Part shown: in pieces, positions 50,385 to 63,821 of the stretch
Layout of the letters: each line of letters begins with the position of its first letter
Position numbering within the stretch: position 1 is the first letter of the stretch
Origin: Felis catus
Taxonomy: Eukaryota
Assembly (NCBI RefSeq): GCF_018350175.1
Contig: NC_058368.1
Coordinates: 148,306,001-148,370,000 of the forward strand
Direction: 5' to 3'
DNA: 64,000 nucleotides
Notes under the pieces: model-generated
Databases searched by the model: none
What the model was told of the DNA's origin: nothing
Seen by the model: only the letters and a program-made list of their open reading frames with translations
Position numbers and translations under genes: made by a program

Positions 50385-50935
50385 ACCTGACAGCATCTCC
50401 GTCCCCAAACAAAATCCCATGTTCCTTCCTCTCTGGTAGATTCTTTAGTGAAGGAATCTCCTTCACATATAGCCTGGGCACTTTTAAAACTGCTGCTTCC
50501 GTGCTGAGCTCTGAGGTGAGTGAATCTGTTTCTCAGTTCACTACAGCCCTTTGGTTCTCATGGATGAGAGCCCTGATGTTTTTCAGAGTTAGATGTTTTG
50601 GGGGCTCCTCTCTCTGTTACAGGTCTTATAAGTAGGGATGCCTGATGTAGGGTACAAATGCTTTGCTCCTCAGAGAAGTGTTCCAGATTTGTGAGAGTCA
50701 TTCCAGTTGCAGGTTGCTGCGTCAGGTGTGGGGTTTTTCATAATATCCCTTCTTAGCCTCTCCTAACCTCCTCCATGTGATCCTTTTCTCTTTTGCTGAT
50801 ATAGGGAAACTGTTCAGCTAGTTTTAAAGTCTTTTTCAGAGGGAGTTACTCCATACACAACTGTAGATTCAGGATGCCCAGGGGAGGAGGTGAGCTCAGG
50901 ATATTCCTAGATCACCATTTGGGACTGCCTCCTCT
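50385..50935 (-). mobile_element. Carnivore L1 5' UTR fragment reaching the 5' terminus
   Basis: 'ttcagagggagttactccatacacaactgtagattc...ggaggaggtgagctcaggatattcctagatcaccattt' resembles the antisense L1_Carn 5' end (caagatggcggcgtaggaagatcctgaactcacctcctcc). Confidence 0.75.
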
Positions 50936-51086
50936 GTAAGTGTGTTTGGATATTTTCTTCTTACTCTTTTTGAGTCCATCGATGCATTAAAAACTGATTG
51001 AAGCCAAAATCTAGTGATTATGAAATGAGAAGACCATTCAGAGCACATAGTCTGCCTTACTGTCATATAAGAATGAAATATTTAAA

Positions 51087-51291
51087 GGGCACCTGGGTGG
51101 CTCAGTCAGTCGAGCGTCCAAATCTTAGTTTCAGCTCAGGTCACGATCTCGCTGTTTCAGAGTTCATGCCTGTCATCAGGCTCTGCACTGGCAGCACAGA
51201 GCCTGCTTGGGATTCTTTCTCACTCTCTCTCTCTCTCCCTCTCCTCCACTTGCACTGTCCCTGTCTCTTTCAAAATAAAATAAACTTCAAA
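51087..51291 (+). mobile_element. CAN-SINE
   Basis: TSD aagaatgaaatatt. Confidence 0.95.
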
Positions 51292-51596
51292 AAGAATGAA
51301 ATATTATTCAGACATATTTTCATGATTAAGATATACACAATTTGCATAAAATGTTAAGGGATAAAGTGGTAAGGTTTGCCATATACAGAATATCAAAAAT
51401 AGAAGTATTTAAAAGACTGGAGATGAAAATTAAAAAAAATAACTAAAAGAGAATCATTTATTTAATTTCTTGATCAGGACTACAATACACAGGCTTATAA
51501 TTTAATTTGATTCTAGAGGAAAGATCAGGCAGATAAATTTAATAAAATTTTATGAGAACCTCCCTTGGTAATATCTTGGTTATTTAAATTAGTAAA

Positions 51597-51782
51597 GGGG
51601 TGCCTGGGTGGCTGAGACATTTAAGCGTGTGACTTTTGATATCAGGTCAGATCATGGTCTCAGGTGGTGAGATTGGCTCCAGGCTAAGTGTGGAGTATGC
51701 TTGGGATTCTGTCTCTCCCTGTCTGCCCCTCCCTCATTCATGCTCTTTCTCTTTCAAAATAAATAAATAAACTTTTAAAAAT
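51597..51782 (+). mobile_element. Older CAN-SINE
   Basis: Head 'ggggtgcctgggtggctgag', CT tract, tail. Confidence 0.9.
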
Positions 51783-52743
51783 AGGGAAATAAATGCATAT
51801 ATAAATAAATATGGAAAGTGATATTTATAACATAGTAATTACTAAAATTAATGATTATTTCAATTTCTAATTGCAGTCTCTTCCTGTCTTCATTAGTCCT
51901 CAGTCTGGATAACTATCAGTGCCTTATTTTCCACTGCCTCTTGCAGACTTGAGTGATCTTTTGTACAAGGTAAATACTCCATTGTCCATCTCTAATAAAA
52001 ATTCAAAATTTGTCCAGTAAATTATAAGTTCACACTTATATAATTATAATTTCATTCATTTATATATTTCATTACACAGTTTCATGAAAATTAACAAACT
52101 CAAGTCCACAACCTTGACCCCAGAGATTACCTAAAATGCAGATTTAATTTCTAATTTATTGAGAAATTAGAGAAAAATAATGTTAATGTCCTTGAGAATG
52201 TTCTCTTCGACAAAATTTCTGTTCTTCCTTGCCCTGTTATTTCATATCTATTGGCTATTATCAAGTATTCTTACTTAATAAGGCTGACCTTCCTAGTTAT
52301 GTTCACACTTGAGTCTTCTCCCAACTTGACATGAGTCTCTCTTTATAAATTGTCCTTCCTTAACTCCATTTTAAAGTTCTCTTTCTCTATTGATTGCTTT
52401 CCCTGAGTGTACACATGTACTCATCAATCCTAGGAATAGTGTTCCAGAAATATCTTCCCTGTGATAAACTCATTTTTAATATATTGAGATAAGGAATAAA
52501 AGAGGAAACAGTAGGAAGTTTAACTGCAAAAGCATTCTTCTTAAAAGAAAAATAGAAAAGAATCATATTTAGAGGTATAACTACCTGCTAATAAATGAAA
52601 TAGAAGTCGTCTGACTAATATATTTATCAAGAGACATAAATCAACAGAAAATCCACTTTTTAAAATTTAAACATATATATGTATATACAGTAACGTTTTA
52701 CAGCACCAATAAAAATTTTTAAATATATATATTACAATCAAGT

Positions 52744-52787
52744 ACACACACACACACACACACACACACTCTACTACTACTACTACC
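52744..52787. repeat. (CA)n + (CTA)n microsatellite
   Basis: Seen directly. Confidence 0.9.
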
Positions 52788-53437
52788 AAACCAATGTTTC
52801 ATCTATTTCTCACTCAGTATTTCAGAATGTATTTTTGTACCATTCACCTTGCTATATAATCTCTTTACTAGAGCTATATCAGAGTACACTATTAAGTACA
52901 TTATAAAAGATTAGAATGTAAATTTCCTTTTGGCACTCTATTTATGTTTACTACTGACTTCAAAGGACATTTAAGAAGTAGAAGAGTTATTTTCCCAAGG
53001 GTACAAATGAAACATAATCTTGTCAGCAATTCTCATAGACAAGTGATGCAGAGGCAGTTTTAGCAAGACCTAGTTTCCTTTTAAACAGAAATGATTTGTG
53101 CACTTTCTTGAGGCAATGTCTATTTGCAGCAACGTTAACATTGACATCAGTAGCTAGAAAATGACAGGAGAAGACAAATAGTCCTCAGGTATAAAAATCA
53201 GCAAATAAGAGTCTTGGCCTTTGGGGAAATGTCAGGATGACCATGAGTGACGACAGATCACAAAAGGGCCACAAAGTAAAACCATTGCTTAAGTAAAGGT
53301 CATGCTTCTACAGTGATCCCTACAGCATTTAAAGAGCAACATTATTAAAACATTATTAAAAAAATATCCAAGTAAAGCAAGAATACTTAGTTGATGTTCT
53401 CTGGGGCACAGGAAACAGTCTCACAGATAACATGTGT

Positions 53438-53439
<2 letters not shown>

Positions 53440-53479
<40 letters not shown>
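53440..53479. repeat. (TG)n microsatellite
   Basis: Seen directly. Confidence 0.95.
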
Positions 53480-53481
<2 letters not shown>

Positions 53482-54519
53482 TAAGGACTTATCTTGTGTG
53501 CCTCTCCCCACTGAGACCTCATGATGCAAATGATACTTCAAGAAAATAAAGAGGTGGTTGCATTGTACTCTGTCTCCACACTTTCCTAGTAGTAAACCTG
53601 GAAAAGCCTGGAGGCAGACCACAGTATCATTGCTAGAGTGGCACATTCATATATGGTATGGACACACTGGAGCTAGGTAGTCAAGGAGGATAAAAAGGAC
53701 CACAACTGAAAAGTCATCCTTCTGGTTAGCTGAGTTAAAAATGTTGGTGATCCCTGCAAGTAGTTGTATAAAAGAAATGAAGATAAAAATAGTGTCAACA
53801 TTTATATAATGACAGTTAACAAAATAAATAAAATATGGAAGAATATAAGAAATACGGGTTTAAATATTGAAGAATTAAAGATCAGTGAGTTTCTCTATTT
53901 AATATACATTTGGTAATCCTAGAACATCCTTTAGAATTCACCACTTCCTTCACTTACTATTATATCTTGTGAATTACCCTTTGTACACATTAACTCTGAG
54001 AATCACAGCTAATATTCTAAACAGCCAAAAAGCCTTCCAAAGGTCACAGTTTCTTTTGAATCAGTTCTTATTAACATTTCATGTAATGTAATTAAATTCT
54101 AAGTGGCTAATAGTTATAATAAAGGACAAAAGACTGAATAATAGAGCAACATTACTGACACCATTTGGATTCTAAAGGAAATGCCCCAGTGAACCAATAT
54201 TAATTTATGAGATACTTTTGCATTCCATATTCTTATATGAGGTCACAGTAGGGCAAATAAACAGCTTACATTTACTGCTCATAAATTGGGTTTAGACTTA
54301 CTTTCTGGAAACAATAAAAATCTTTGTTCTACTTTAACATTATTTATATTTGATCTCGCTTGTATATCCTGAGTTATTCAAATTATTTTAACAGTATAGG
54401 GAAAATATATTAGGAAAGAGTAAGCAGAAGTATAAAGAAGATTTTAGAAATCTGTTTGGTTAGACCCAGTAATACATTATAAAAAGAGTGAAAAAGAGTC
54501 TGGTTTAAATTCAAGACAT

Positions 54520-55000
54520 TAATCATTCAACAAACATTTATTGAATTTATAGAGTGAGCAAAACTCTAATAACACATAGATGGGCAGTTTGCTCACACGT
54601 GTCTAGTAGGGGAGCAAATTATGTAAATAAGAAACGTGAAATGTGAAAAATACAAAAGCAGGATAAACATTTGATGGAATTTCATACAGTAGTCAATTGC
54701 TGAGATAAACCGATAAATACTTTTCAGAAAGGTTGAGACTTAATCTGTATCAGGAAGAATGAATAAAACTTTGTCAGAAAAAAAAAGAACATTTCTGATA
54801 CAGGGAGTAACACTGAACAAAATTTCAAATGTTTGAAGTTTTGTGCAAACTCAGGGAAAAAGGAATTGTTCTGTAAGAGGACAAGTTTAGAGTTAAAGCA
54901 AGTGAAGTAAATGAGGCCAGAAAACTATGTAAGTCTTTAAAAGTACAAATTGTGAAGCACTTTATCTGATGCCATGGTTTGACACATTGACTTTCAGGTG
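54520..55000. mobile_element. L2 relic
   Basis: 'atcattcaacaaacatttattgaattt...gctcacacgtgtctagtagggga' L2 3' end, followed by purine-rich L2-like body. Confidence 0.6.
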
Positions 55001-55219
55001 GTTCAGGATATCTAGAGCAAGTGAATCTCTGACATTAGCTCACATATGGCATTTCTTATGATTTTTAGTATGAAGAGTATTCGCTGTCAGCCAAAAATAT
55101 TTATCAAGTGTCAAATATGGATAGGTCAGAGAACTACGTGGTGTAAAATAAATATAAATAATGTAGAATTTTTTAATGTTTTAGAGTAACATAAAATGTG
55201 TATTGGAAGAAATTCATTT

Positions 55220-55890
55220 TCAGTCTGCTATGTAGAGAACTTGGAAATTATCCCCATTCTGACAAGAAAAAAATAAATAAATAAAACTGAAAAAACTGGA
55301 AATCAATGACTTTTTTTGGCCTTAGGAGAAAATTGAGTTCAAAGGCAAACCACCACCTGGAAACCTAGAAGGAGAAAAGGAGACTGTCTCAGGAGGGCTT
55401 TTATTGTGGTTAGGGGGGCAGCCAGAGTGAAGTTTCCTGGGCACATTCAAGGGTGTGAGTGGTTTGAATCTTTCCACAGTGTAAAAGATGGGGGAATCAG
55501 ACTTTCTTCTCAGTTTGCTCAAATATAGGCCAGAAAGAAAATACCGGGTGAGTCCATAAAAGATGTCAACAAACTTCAAAAAAGTTGTGTCAAGGTCCTT
55601 CTTATGTAGATGAATGTAAAACCTCACATTAAAGCCCATTTGCCTCAGTTCCTATTGCAAGATACATCATTTTGAATTTTCAACCAAAAATTACAAGGCA
55701 TGAGGAAAGCCAAGAAAAAAAATCTGTAGAAACCAATGACAAAGCAAGAATAATAGTAAGATGTAGATATGGCACAGATTTTGCAACTTTTAAGATTTAT
55801 AATAACTGTGATAATTATATGTAAATGTGGACAACACACACAAATACATGTGTAATAGAAGCAGAGAGATGCATTAGGGAGACTGGTAGC
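55220..55890 (+). mobile_element. L1MC-type 5' end and ORF1 start fragment
   Basis: 55250-55375 resembles 18450-18570 ('aaaactgaaaaaactggaaatcaatgact...aattgagttcaaaggcaaaccaccacctggaaa'); 'ttcaaccaaaaattacaaggcatg'. Confidence 0.7.
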
Positions 55891-57062
55891 TGGCATTTTT
55901 CAAATATATTTGCCATTAATGATTCTTCTAGCTAACACTGGTAAGGTCACTCAAAAATCACTATGAGTACCCTTTTGAGTTGCTTAAATATAAGAATATA
56001 GAATTTATAGAGTATTTTAGAAAGAGATTCAAGAATTTGCAGTCTGAAAATCATCAGTGGAAACCAAATTTGTCAATGTAAAGACCTACCTGTAAAAAAA
56101 CATATTTCCTCTGGCGGGCATAGCTTAAGTGTCAGTATGAATCTTGGTTTTCTATTATAATTGTAATAATAATAATCAATTTATATTTTTTCAAAAATTT
56201 TGATCAGTATTTTCAATAATTAGGGCTTAGACTTTAGCTAATAAATATGTAAATATATTTATCTGAGATCAGAATAGAGAGCATTATTCCATATAAATTA
56301 GTAATTAGATATGAAAAAACTAGTATCAATAACTAAAAGCTGAAAATCAATATGCTGAAAGACTAATAATGGTGATAACTATATTCAAAATTCTAGCCAA
56401 TTATATAGCCAAAGGTAATTATGTGACTTTTCCATAAAATCCATCTCATAACCTGACATAATATGGCAGTATATATTCAATTGGTGTGTGAGTACTATTA
56501 AGCAATATCTTATCACTAGATAATGCTGTGGAGAATGCGCATCACAAACCTAATTGGCTATGTCACTAATATAGGTCTGTTCTACTCATTTCCAGGGAAT
56601 TTGGGGGGGCCTGTCTTTACCTAATAGATATGTGGTTACTTTCAAGTGAACATGTTTAAAGAAAAAGGAAATACCGAAGAATGTTGCAAAATATGTCATG
56701 TAATCAACTCTTGTCTGTATGTGGGTTAGAATATATCTATATGCTGGATGAAATTTTACAGTCAGGACAGGAAAACATCTCCAAGTCAGATGATGAGTTG
56801 TCTATATTATTGTTCAACTATATAACAAACAAACTAGGTTATAGGACCACATGAAGACATATTTTCACTGAGAGTGAACACATTTAAGGTAGAATCCTTT
56901 TTTATTAGGTGAATATAATTTTTATAACATTTCACTAACAACCTAAGAAACTTTTACTTTTAGTATAAGCAACTGATGATTAAAAAATAGAATAATACTT
57001 ATAAAACACATCTCATTGTTTTTATAATGAGAATATACTTTGATACATTAGACATTTTCAAT

Positions 57063-57257
57063 GGGGTGCCTGGGTGGTTCACTTGGCTAAGTATGTGACT
57101 CTTAATTTACAGCTCAGGTTATGATCCCCATGTTCCAGACCCATGTCGCGCTCCACGCTGACAGCGTGGAGCATGCTAGGGATTCTCTCTTTCTTTCCAT
57201 CTCTTTCTGCCCCTTCCCTTCTCTCTTTCTCAAAAATAAATAAAAACTTAAGAAAAA
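57063..57257 (+). mobile_element. Older CAN-SINE
   Basis: Head 'ggggtgcctgggtggttcac', CT tract, tail. Confidence 0.9.
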
Positions 57258-58756
57258 TGTCATAACTTAATGTTTACTGAAATAATTTTATATGATGCTA
57301 AGTGGGAAAATTTATCATAAACTAAAAAGAAAATACTTTAGATATGTTTTAACTAAAAATTAAGAAATCAGTGAACTTATCTAAAAGACAATAAGAATTT
57401 TAAATTCATTAACATTCATGAATATAGAAATAAAGAGATAGATATAAACCCACCTACCTACCTATATGCATACATATAATATCCTAAAATTTCATACCGG
57501 GAATTCACTCAATAGTCATAGAAATAAAGAGCACAACTGAAAATTGACACTCAGTTCATCATTCATTAGCGAGTTAGCCAAATCAGGCAGAAATTAGAGG
57601 GGGACTAACATTTGTCAGACAACAGTACTGAGTGAGATTTTCCCATGAGGGCAGGCCCCTGTCAGTGTTTCAGGTGTTAGCAAGAACTCAGGATGAAATT
57701 CAAAGCTTTACTTGCTTGAAAAATGAAAAGTACAAAATTCAGGGAGACCATAACATTTGGGAAATGAGAAGTTCTAGAAAGGGAAGAACCAAAGATCAGT
57801 AGCCTTAAATTATGAATATACACTCTGCTTAAAGTTTGAAGAAACCCTTGAACTCTACATGTAAAGGGCACCCCAAACTTCTTTGAATGTTTAAGATGAA
57901 GCTGAAATTTAACTGCTACCCAAGAAAAGGAGTTTACATTTTAAATCTGATTAAATTGTCTGTTAAAAAAAAGAAAGAGACAAACAAAAACCTCTTTTGA
58001 GGAATATAGCAGAACCCTAAGTCTTCACAACAAACATCTATAATGTTAATGATACAATCTAATAACATGTAATGGTATACAACATACAAATAACCATTAA
58101 AATCTGACCCCTTCTCAAGAAAAAAAGAAGTGAAGAATTACATCATTAATCAATAAAAATTACCTAGTCAGAAGAAGACAGTGTAGATATATTGATGTGA
58201 AATGAAGAGAACATCAGGGATTTCTAGAAAAATATCAAAAGATGTAACAGATATGTATTTAGCTTTCCAGAAGAGGAAAAGAAAAAAAAAATTCTTCCCA
58301 AGTTTGTTGAAAGTAATATATTTACAGATTTAAGAAGCTGAACACATACTAAGCAGAATCGAACTAAAAGAAATCATGCCTAGGCATATCATTATCAAAT
58401 TGATGAAAACTAAAAATAAGCAGAAAATCTTGAAAGCAACCAGGGAAGTAGGAAGGGAGGGGGACATAATAAATACAGAGTAACGATGACTTAAGAGATT
58501 GCTGACTTACTATCCAAAAATGTAGAGGTGAGAAGACATCAAAGCAATGTCTTTATAGTATATAAGGAAAAAGATCAACTCCACAATTCTATATCCATGG
58601 TAAAGGTCTTATAGTAAGAATGGCATTATGAAGATATATTCAGAAAAATAAAACAAAGAATGTGTTACTAGCAAGCCTGCACAAAGCAATGCTAAACGCT
58701 GAACATAAATGATTTCGGTTGCATAATCAAATATATAGAAGGGATAAATAGAATTA

Positions 58757-58822
58757 GTTTTTAATTTTTTTTTTTAGATGGAGAAAATAGGGAAAAGGAG
58801 CTGGGGGGGTGGGACAGAGAGA

Positions 58823-58875
<53 letters not shown>

Positions 58876-59010
58876 TCTAAAGCAGACTCTATGCTCAACA
58901 CAGAGCTGGAAACAAGGCTTGATGCGGGACTCAATCCCATGACTGTGGGATCACCATCAGAGCTAAAATCAAGAGTCAAATGTTCAACTAACTGAGCCAT
59001 CCAGGCGCCT
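58757..59010 (-). mobile_element. CAN-SINE with (GA)n
   Basis: Antisense head 'actgagccatccaggcgcc'; TSD core gataaata. Confidence 0.93.
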
Positions 59011-59551
59011 TAGATAAATAACATTCTTAATGTATATTTTTCTCCTAATTCATTTTAAACACTTATGATTGTATTAAAATATAGCATTGATTTGTGGGTT
59101 TTATAATTTGTGGATATGATACATATAAGAGATAAGATTTCACATTTTCTTCATTTATGTGGTGTTGTACATTATTAAATCTAATTAGAGTGAAAAATTT
59201 TAGTGATACTATAATCTCTGAGAAATCTCTATAAATAATGCAAAGAACTGTAGCCATAAAGTCAACAGATCTCAGAGAAATAAAAAATTATGTTCTCACA
59301 AAGACCTATACATAAACATTCACAGAAGATTTATTTATAATAGCTCCAAACTGGAAAGAACCCAAATATCCTTTGACAGTTAAATAAACAAACTGTAGTA
59401 TTCATATATGGAATACTACTCACCAATAAAAATAAATAGACACAAAATTGAAATGAATCTCTAGATAATTATATCAAATTAAAAAATTCAATCCTCAAAA
59501 GATCACATACTCCAAGGTTCATTTACATACCATTCCCGAAATAACAAATTT

Positions 59552-59771
59552 TTTTTTAATTTTTTTTTCAACGTTTATTTATTTTTGGGACAGAGAGAGA
59601 CAGAGCATGAACGGGGGAGGGGCAGAGAGAGAGGGAGACACAGAATCGGAAACAGGCTCCAGGCTCTGAGCTGTCAGCCCAGAGCCTGACGCGGGGCTCG
59701 AACTCCCGGACCGCGAGATCGTGACCTGGCTGAAGTCGGACGCTTAACGGACTGCGCCACCCAGGCGCCCC
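59552..59771 (-). mobile_element. Young SINEC_Fc
   Basis: Near-consensus, CpG-rich; TSD ccgaaataacaaattt at 59536-59551 and 59774-59789. Confidence 0.97.
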
Positions 59772-60066
59772 AGCCGAAATAACAAATTTATGGAAATAGA
59801 GAAGAAAAGAACAAGTTAGTGATTGATTGACATGAGTCAGGCACAGGAGGGAAGGAAAAAGGAAGAACATGTGGCTTTAAAAAGTGACAAAAAGAATCTT
59901 TAATAATTGAGCTGTTCTCTACTTTGCCTGTATCAGTGTCAAGGTCTTAATTTTGAGGTTGTAAGATGCGGCCATTTTGAGAAACCAAATAAAGTGTATA
60001 AAGCACCCTCTGTCCTATTTCTTAAGCTTCACATGAATCTATGTTTATTTTCAAGTAAAGAATTTA

Positions 60067-60288
60067 GGGGCTCCTGGGTAGCTTAGTCAGTTAAGGGTAC
60101 AACATTGGATAAGGTCATGATCTCACGGTTCCTGGGTTCGGGCCCACATCGGAATCTGTGATGACAGCTTAGAGCCTGGACGCTGCTTTAGATTCTGTCT
60201 CCCTCTCTCTTTGCCCCTCTCCTGCTTGTGTGCTTTTTCTCTTTCTCTCCCCCTCTCTCTCAAAAATAAATTTAAAAACTTAAAAAAA
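60067..60288 (+). mobile_element. CAN-SINE
   Basis: TSD taaagaattta. Confidence 0.94.
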
Positions 60289-60335
60289 TAAAGAATTTAA
60301 TTAAAAACTGTAAAATTATATGTTTGAAATGGCCA

Positions 60336-60338
60336 TAA

Positions 60339-60381
<43 letters not shown>

Positions 60382-60383
60382 AA
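60336..60383. repeat. (TAAAA/TAAA)n repeat
   Basis: Seen directly. Confidence 0.9.
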
Positions 60384-60712
60384 GGTCAAAAGAAATTTAA
60401 ACGGGATTGTAAAAACAAAGTCAATCAACTGGAGTGGGTAGAAATGGAGAAAAAGAGAAGGAACAGGTGACACAAGCAGGATACAAATGGCAAAATTGCA
60501 GACCTGAATCCAACCATATAATTGTAAATAAACTATAAAAGTTATAAAAATTAAACAGTATAAAGTAAAATTGTCTGCATTTGCAGAGATGCATTTTTTT
60601 AAATATGGAAAATCTTAAGTAACTCAGAATGTATATACAGGAATAGAAGAGTAGGGTGATAAGGGGAGATAGATTTATGACTTTACAAAGGTTGTATCAA
60701 ACTATTGTCTAT

Positions 60713-60937
60713 GGGGCGCCTGGGTGGCGCAGTCGGTTAAGCGTCTGACTTCAGCCAGGTCACCATCTCGCGGTCTGTGAGTTCGAGCCCCACGTTGGGC
60801 TCTGGGCTGATGGCTCAGAGCCTGGAGCCTGTTTCCGATTCTGTGTCTCCCTCTCTCTCTGCCCCTCCCCCGTTCATGCTCTGTCTCTCTCTGTCCCAAA
60901 AATAAATAAATGTTGAAAAAAAATTAAAAAAAAAAAC
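60713..60937 (+). mobile_element. Young SINEC_Fc
   Basis: TSD ctattgtcta at 60702-60711 and 60938-60947. Confidence 0.97.
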
Positions 60938-61611
60938 CTATTGTCTAAACTAGTTGTACAAACTACAATTTCATGAGCAATAATATATATAAAAAAATAT
61001 CCTATCTATCTACATGTTCTCAAAATCTCCGTTATTTTCAAGCTTTTCATTTTTAGCAATTAAATAGTTAAAAATGCTTTATTATAATTTGATTTGTATT
61101 TGCTTAAATCCTAGTGAGGGTCATCAGCTCCTTGTGCTCTTATTAGGCCTATTTTATTTTCTTAAGCAAACATTCTCATCTTTGCTTACTCATTGAAAAT
61201 GTTGACTCCTATTACCAAGAACAGGATACACTTTTACAGAAATTCTATGTGTACTTGAAAAAAAAATATGTAAAAGTCTATTTAGCTGCATATTCTAACT
61301 GCTGATTATTGAACTTGTTAATGCATTTTTCAAGTCTTTTTAGCTCTACTTTCTTTGCTTTAGCTATCATTACAAAGAAAAATGTTAAATTTCCCAATAT
61401 GAAATTGGATTTGTCTAACTTTCACCTTTGGTTTTAATAATTTGTTCTATATATTTTGTTTTTTGTTTTGTTTTGTTTTTCTGATATGTATTTAAAATTG
61501 ATAGTCCTCCTGTCAAGTTTACCTATCATTATGCAGTAATCCTTTATAATCAATACTTATTTTTGTCCTAAACCAAATACCAGATATTTTGATTATCGTT
61601 TGTTTGATATA

Positions 61612-61928
61612 TGCTGTGAACTGAATTGTGTTTCCACCAAAATTCATATGCTGAAGGGCTAAACCCCAATATGATATTAGAGATGGTGGCTTTGCAAAGT
61701 AAGTAAGCCATGAGGGTAGAGTTCTCCTATGATTAGTGTCTCTCTGCTGTGAGGATACAGCAAGAAGGTAGCCATTTGCAAATCTAGAAAAGTGTTCTCA
61801 ACAGACACCAAATCTCTTGAAACTTTGATCTTGGATTTCCCATCCTTCAGAACAGTTATGAATAAATATCTGTTATTTAAGCCACCCAGTCTATGGTATT
61901 TTGACATGACAGTCCCAGCTGATTAGAG
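61612..61928 (+). mobile_element. MLT1A-like solo LTR (ERVL-MaLR)
   Basis: 'tgaactgaattgtgtttccaccaaaattcatatgctgaag...tgtgaggatacagcaagaagg...tgatcttggatttccc...aataaatatctgttatttaagccacccagtctatggtatttt'. Confidence 0.9.
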
Positions 61929-63364
61929 TTTTCTAACCCAGTCTCTTTTCCCATTTATTTGTTTTCCCCACATTTGGTTCTCTTTTATCTCTACTGGCCA
62001 AGTCAGTGTCTAGGGTACTCCTACCCTGACACATAGCATTCCTACCTCAGCTTACCATAAAATTTGTCCATTTCTAAACTTTCTATGTACCTCTGATATT
62101 CTTTGTGCTCCTCTCTCATTTTTAATCTGATTGTGTGTTTTCTTTTTGTGTTTGTGCAAGTTGGTGTATCTTTAGATTTCTCTAACATCCCATGATACCA
62201 GAAATGTTTCTAAGACTTCATTATTTCTGGTATCTAATTATGCTGGAACAGGTGTATTCATTCCTCACAGCTCCTAGCTACTCATAAGCCCAGAAGCAGA
62301 AGCAATCAATACAACTTAAAAATAATGACATCTATAAAAATCTTTTATCCTAGCAGAAGTACGAATTAGATGGCACTGAGGTGATGTAATTCTATAATCA
62401 ACACAAATTATTTTATGTTTTTTTGCTGAGGAAGAGACATGAAGGAGAGGGTAGTAAACTAGGAAAATAAGTGGTAGCACACTTCACAGAGAATAGTACA
62501 CACATTGACAATTAGATAACAAAATGGAGCTAGTAAGAGAAAGAAGGAATCGATTTGCTGTGTGTCAGCTTCCCAAATGGATGTGCATTTACAGTCACAA
62601 TATGGGTCTTGACTATTTCAATTCCCAGACATCATGCCTATGTCTGGTTTTCCTGGCCCTTAAGTTGCCAAAGCATCAGCTTAGATTTCTGGCTCTTAGA
62701 ATCCAATCACTGTTTAGAAACTAAGACTTTTCACTTTGTTTCTAGGTCTGTTATGCATTAATATTTTTTAAAGTACATTTTTTCCTAGCATTTCTATGTT
62801 AGACTTAGAGCAGAATCAACTTTGTCTAAAATATATATGTTATGGTTGTAATATACACGTGTATAATTTTCATAACTATTTTAAAATCTGGCAAAATACA
62901 ATAAATAATAATCCTAAATTGTCCTCTAATGTGATACATCCAATAACATGCACTAAATTTTTTATAGTTGATTTTATATGTGTATATAAAATCACTTAAA
63001 AATACTCTGTGGTGTTTTAGATCTGTTTCAGTTTATATCTATTATATTTTGCAATAGGTTTCATAATGAATTTTTAAAAAAATCTACACTTTTAAAATCT
63101 ATGTAGGTTGCTGATTGTATATCTAGTTCAGTGTTTTCAAGTTCTTATGGAATTCCTTGGAAACAATCCAGCAAATTTTATTTATCTATTATCCTCTGTG
63201 TTGAAAGCTGAACTAAAGTTCTAAGTTTTCCTGTATTCTAACAATAAGTGCATGATTTTAACTTACACACTTTTATTTGTTTTGCTTTAATGTGTCCCAC
63301 CAATTTTGATTTGAGTTTCTTTTAATTTTTAACTATATGACTATTTCTCTTTTAATTTACATAT

Positions 63365-63555
63365 GTAGGCAATAAAATTTTTCTTTAAAAGGCAAGATAA
63401 AAAAAATATTTTCAGATCTGTGGGCCATATAGTCTTTGTTGCAACTACTCAACCCTTCCATTATAGCATGAAAGCAACCATAAATAATTCATAAAGAAAT
63501 GAGTGCGGCCAGACTTGGCCCACTGTGTGCTGTGGACTACAGTTTGCCAATACCA
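63365..63555. mobile_element. MER58A (hAT-Charlie) DNA transposon
   Basis: 'tgtgggccatatagtctttgttgcaactactcaacccttccattatagcatgaaagcaaccata...ggccagacttggccc...agtttgccaa'. Confidence 0.85.
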
Positions 63556-63715
63556 CATTTCAATTAAAAAAAAATAAAAAAAAAACTCTTAAATATAATC
63601 AGCCCAGGGAGGTATAGATATACTACTTTTAAACTGTTTGCTACCCTGTAGGACAATACCTTTACATATTTATGTACTGACTATTATTTTCCATTTTTTA
63701 GAGTTATTTTTGAAG

Positions 63716-63765
63716 TTATTTTTATTTCTTTCTTTTTTAAAATTTGTTAACATTTATTCAGTTTT

Positions 63766-63821
<56 letters not shown>

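Larger units (their letters stand above)
57650..60066 (+). mobile_element. Fragmented old L1 (ORF1 relic ~58200-58750; L1MD-like 3' end ~59270-60066)
   Basis: 'aaatcatgcctaggcatatcattatcaaattgatgaaaactaaaaataagcagaaaatcttgaaagcaaccagg' (ORF1); 'tttatttataatagctccaaactggaaagaacccaaatatcc' and 'ctctgtcctatttcttaagcttcacatgaatcta' (3' end). May be more than one element. Confidence 0.75.
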
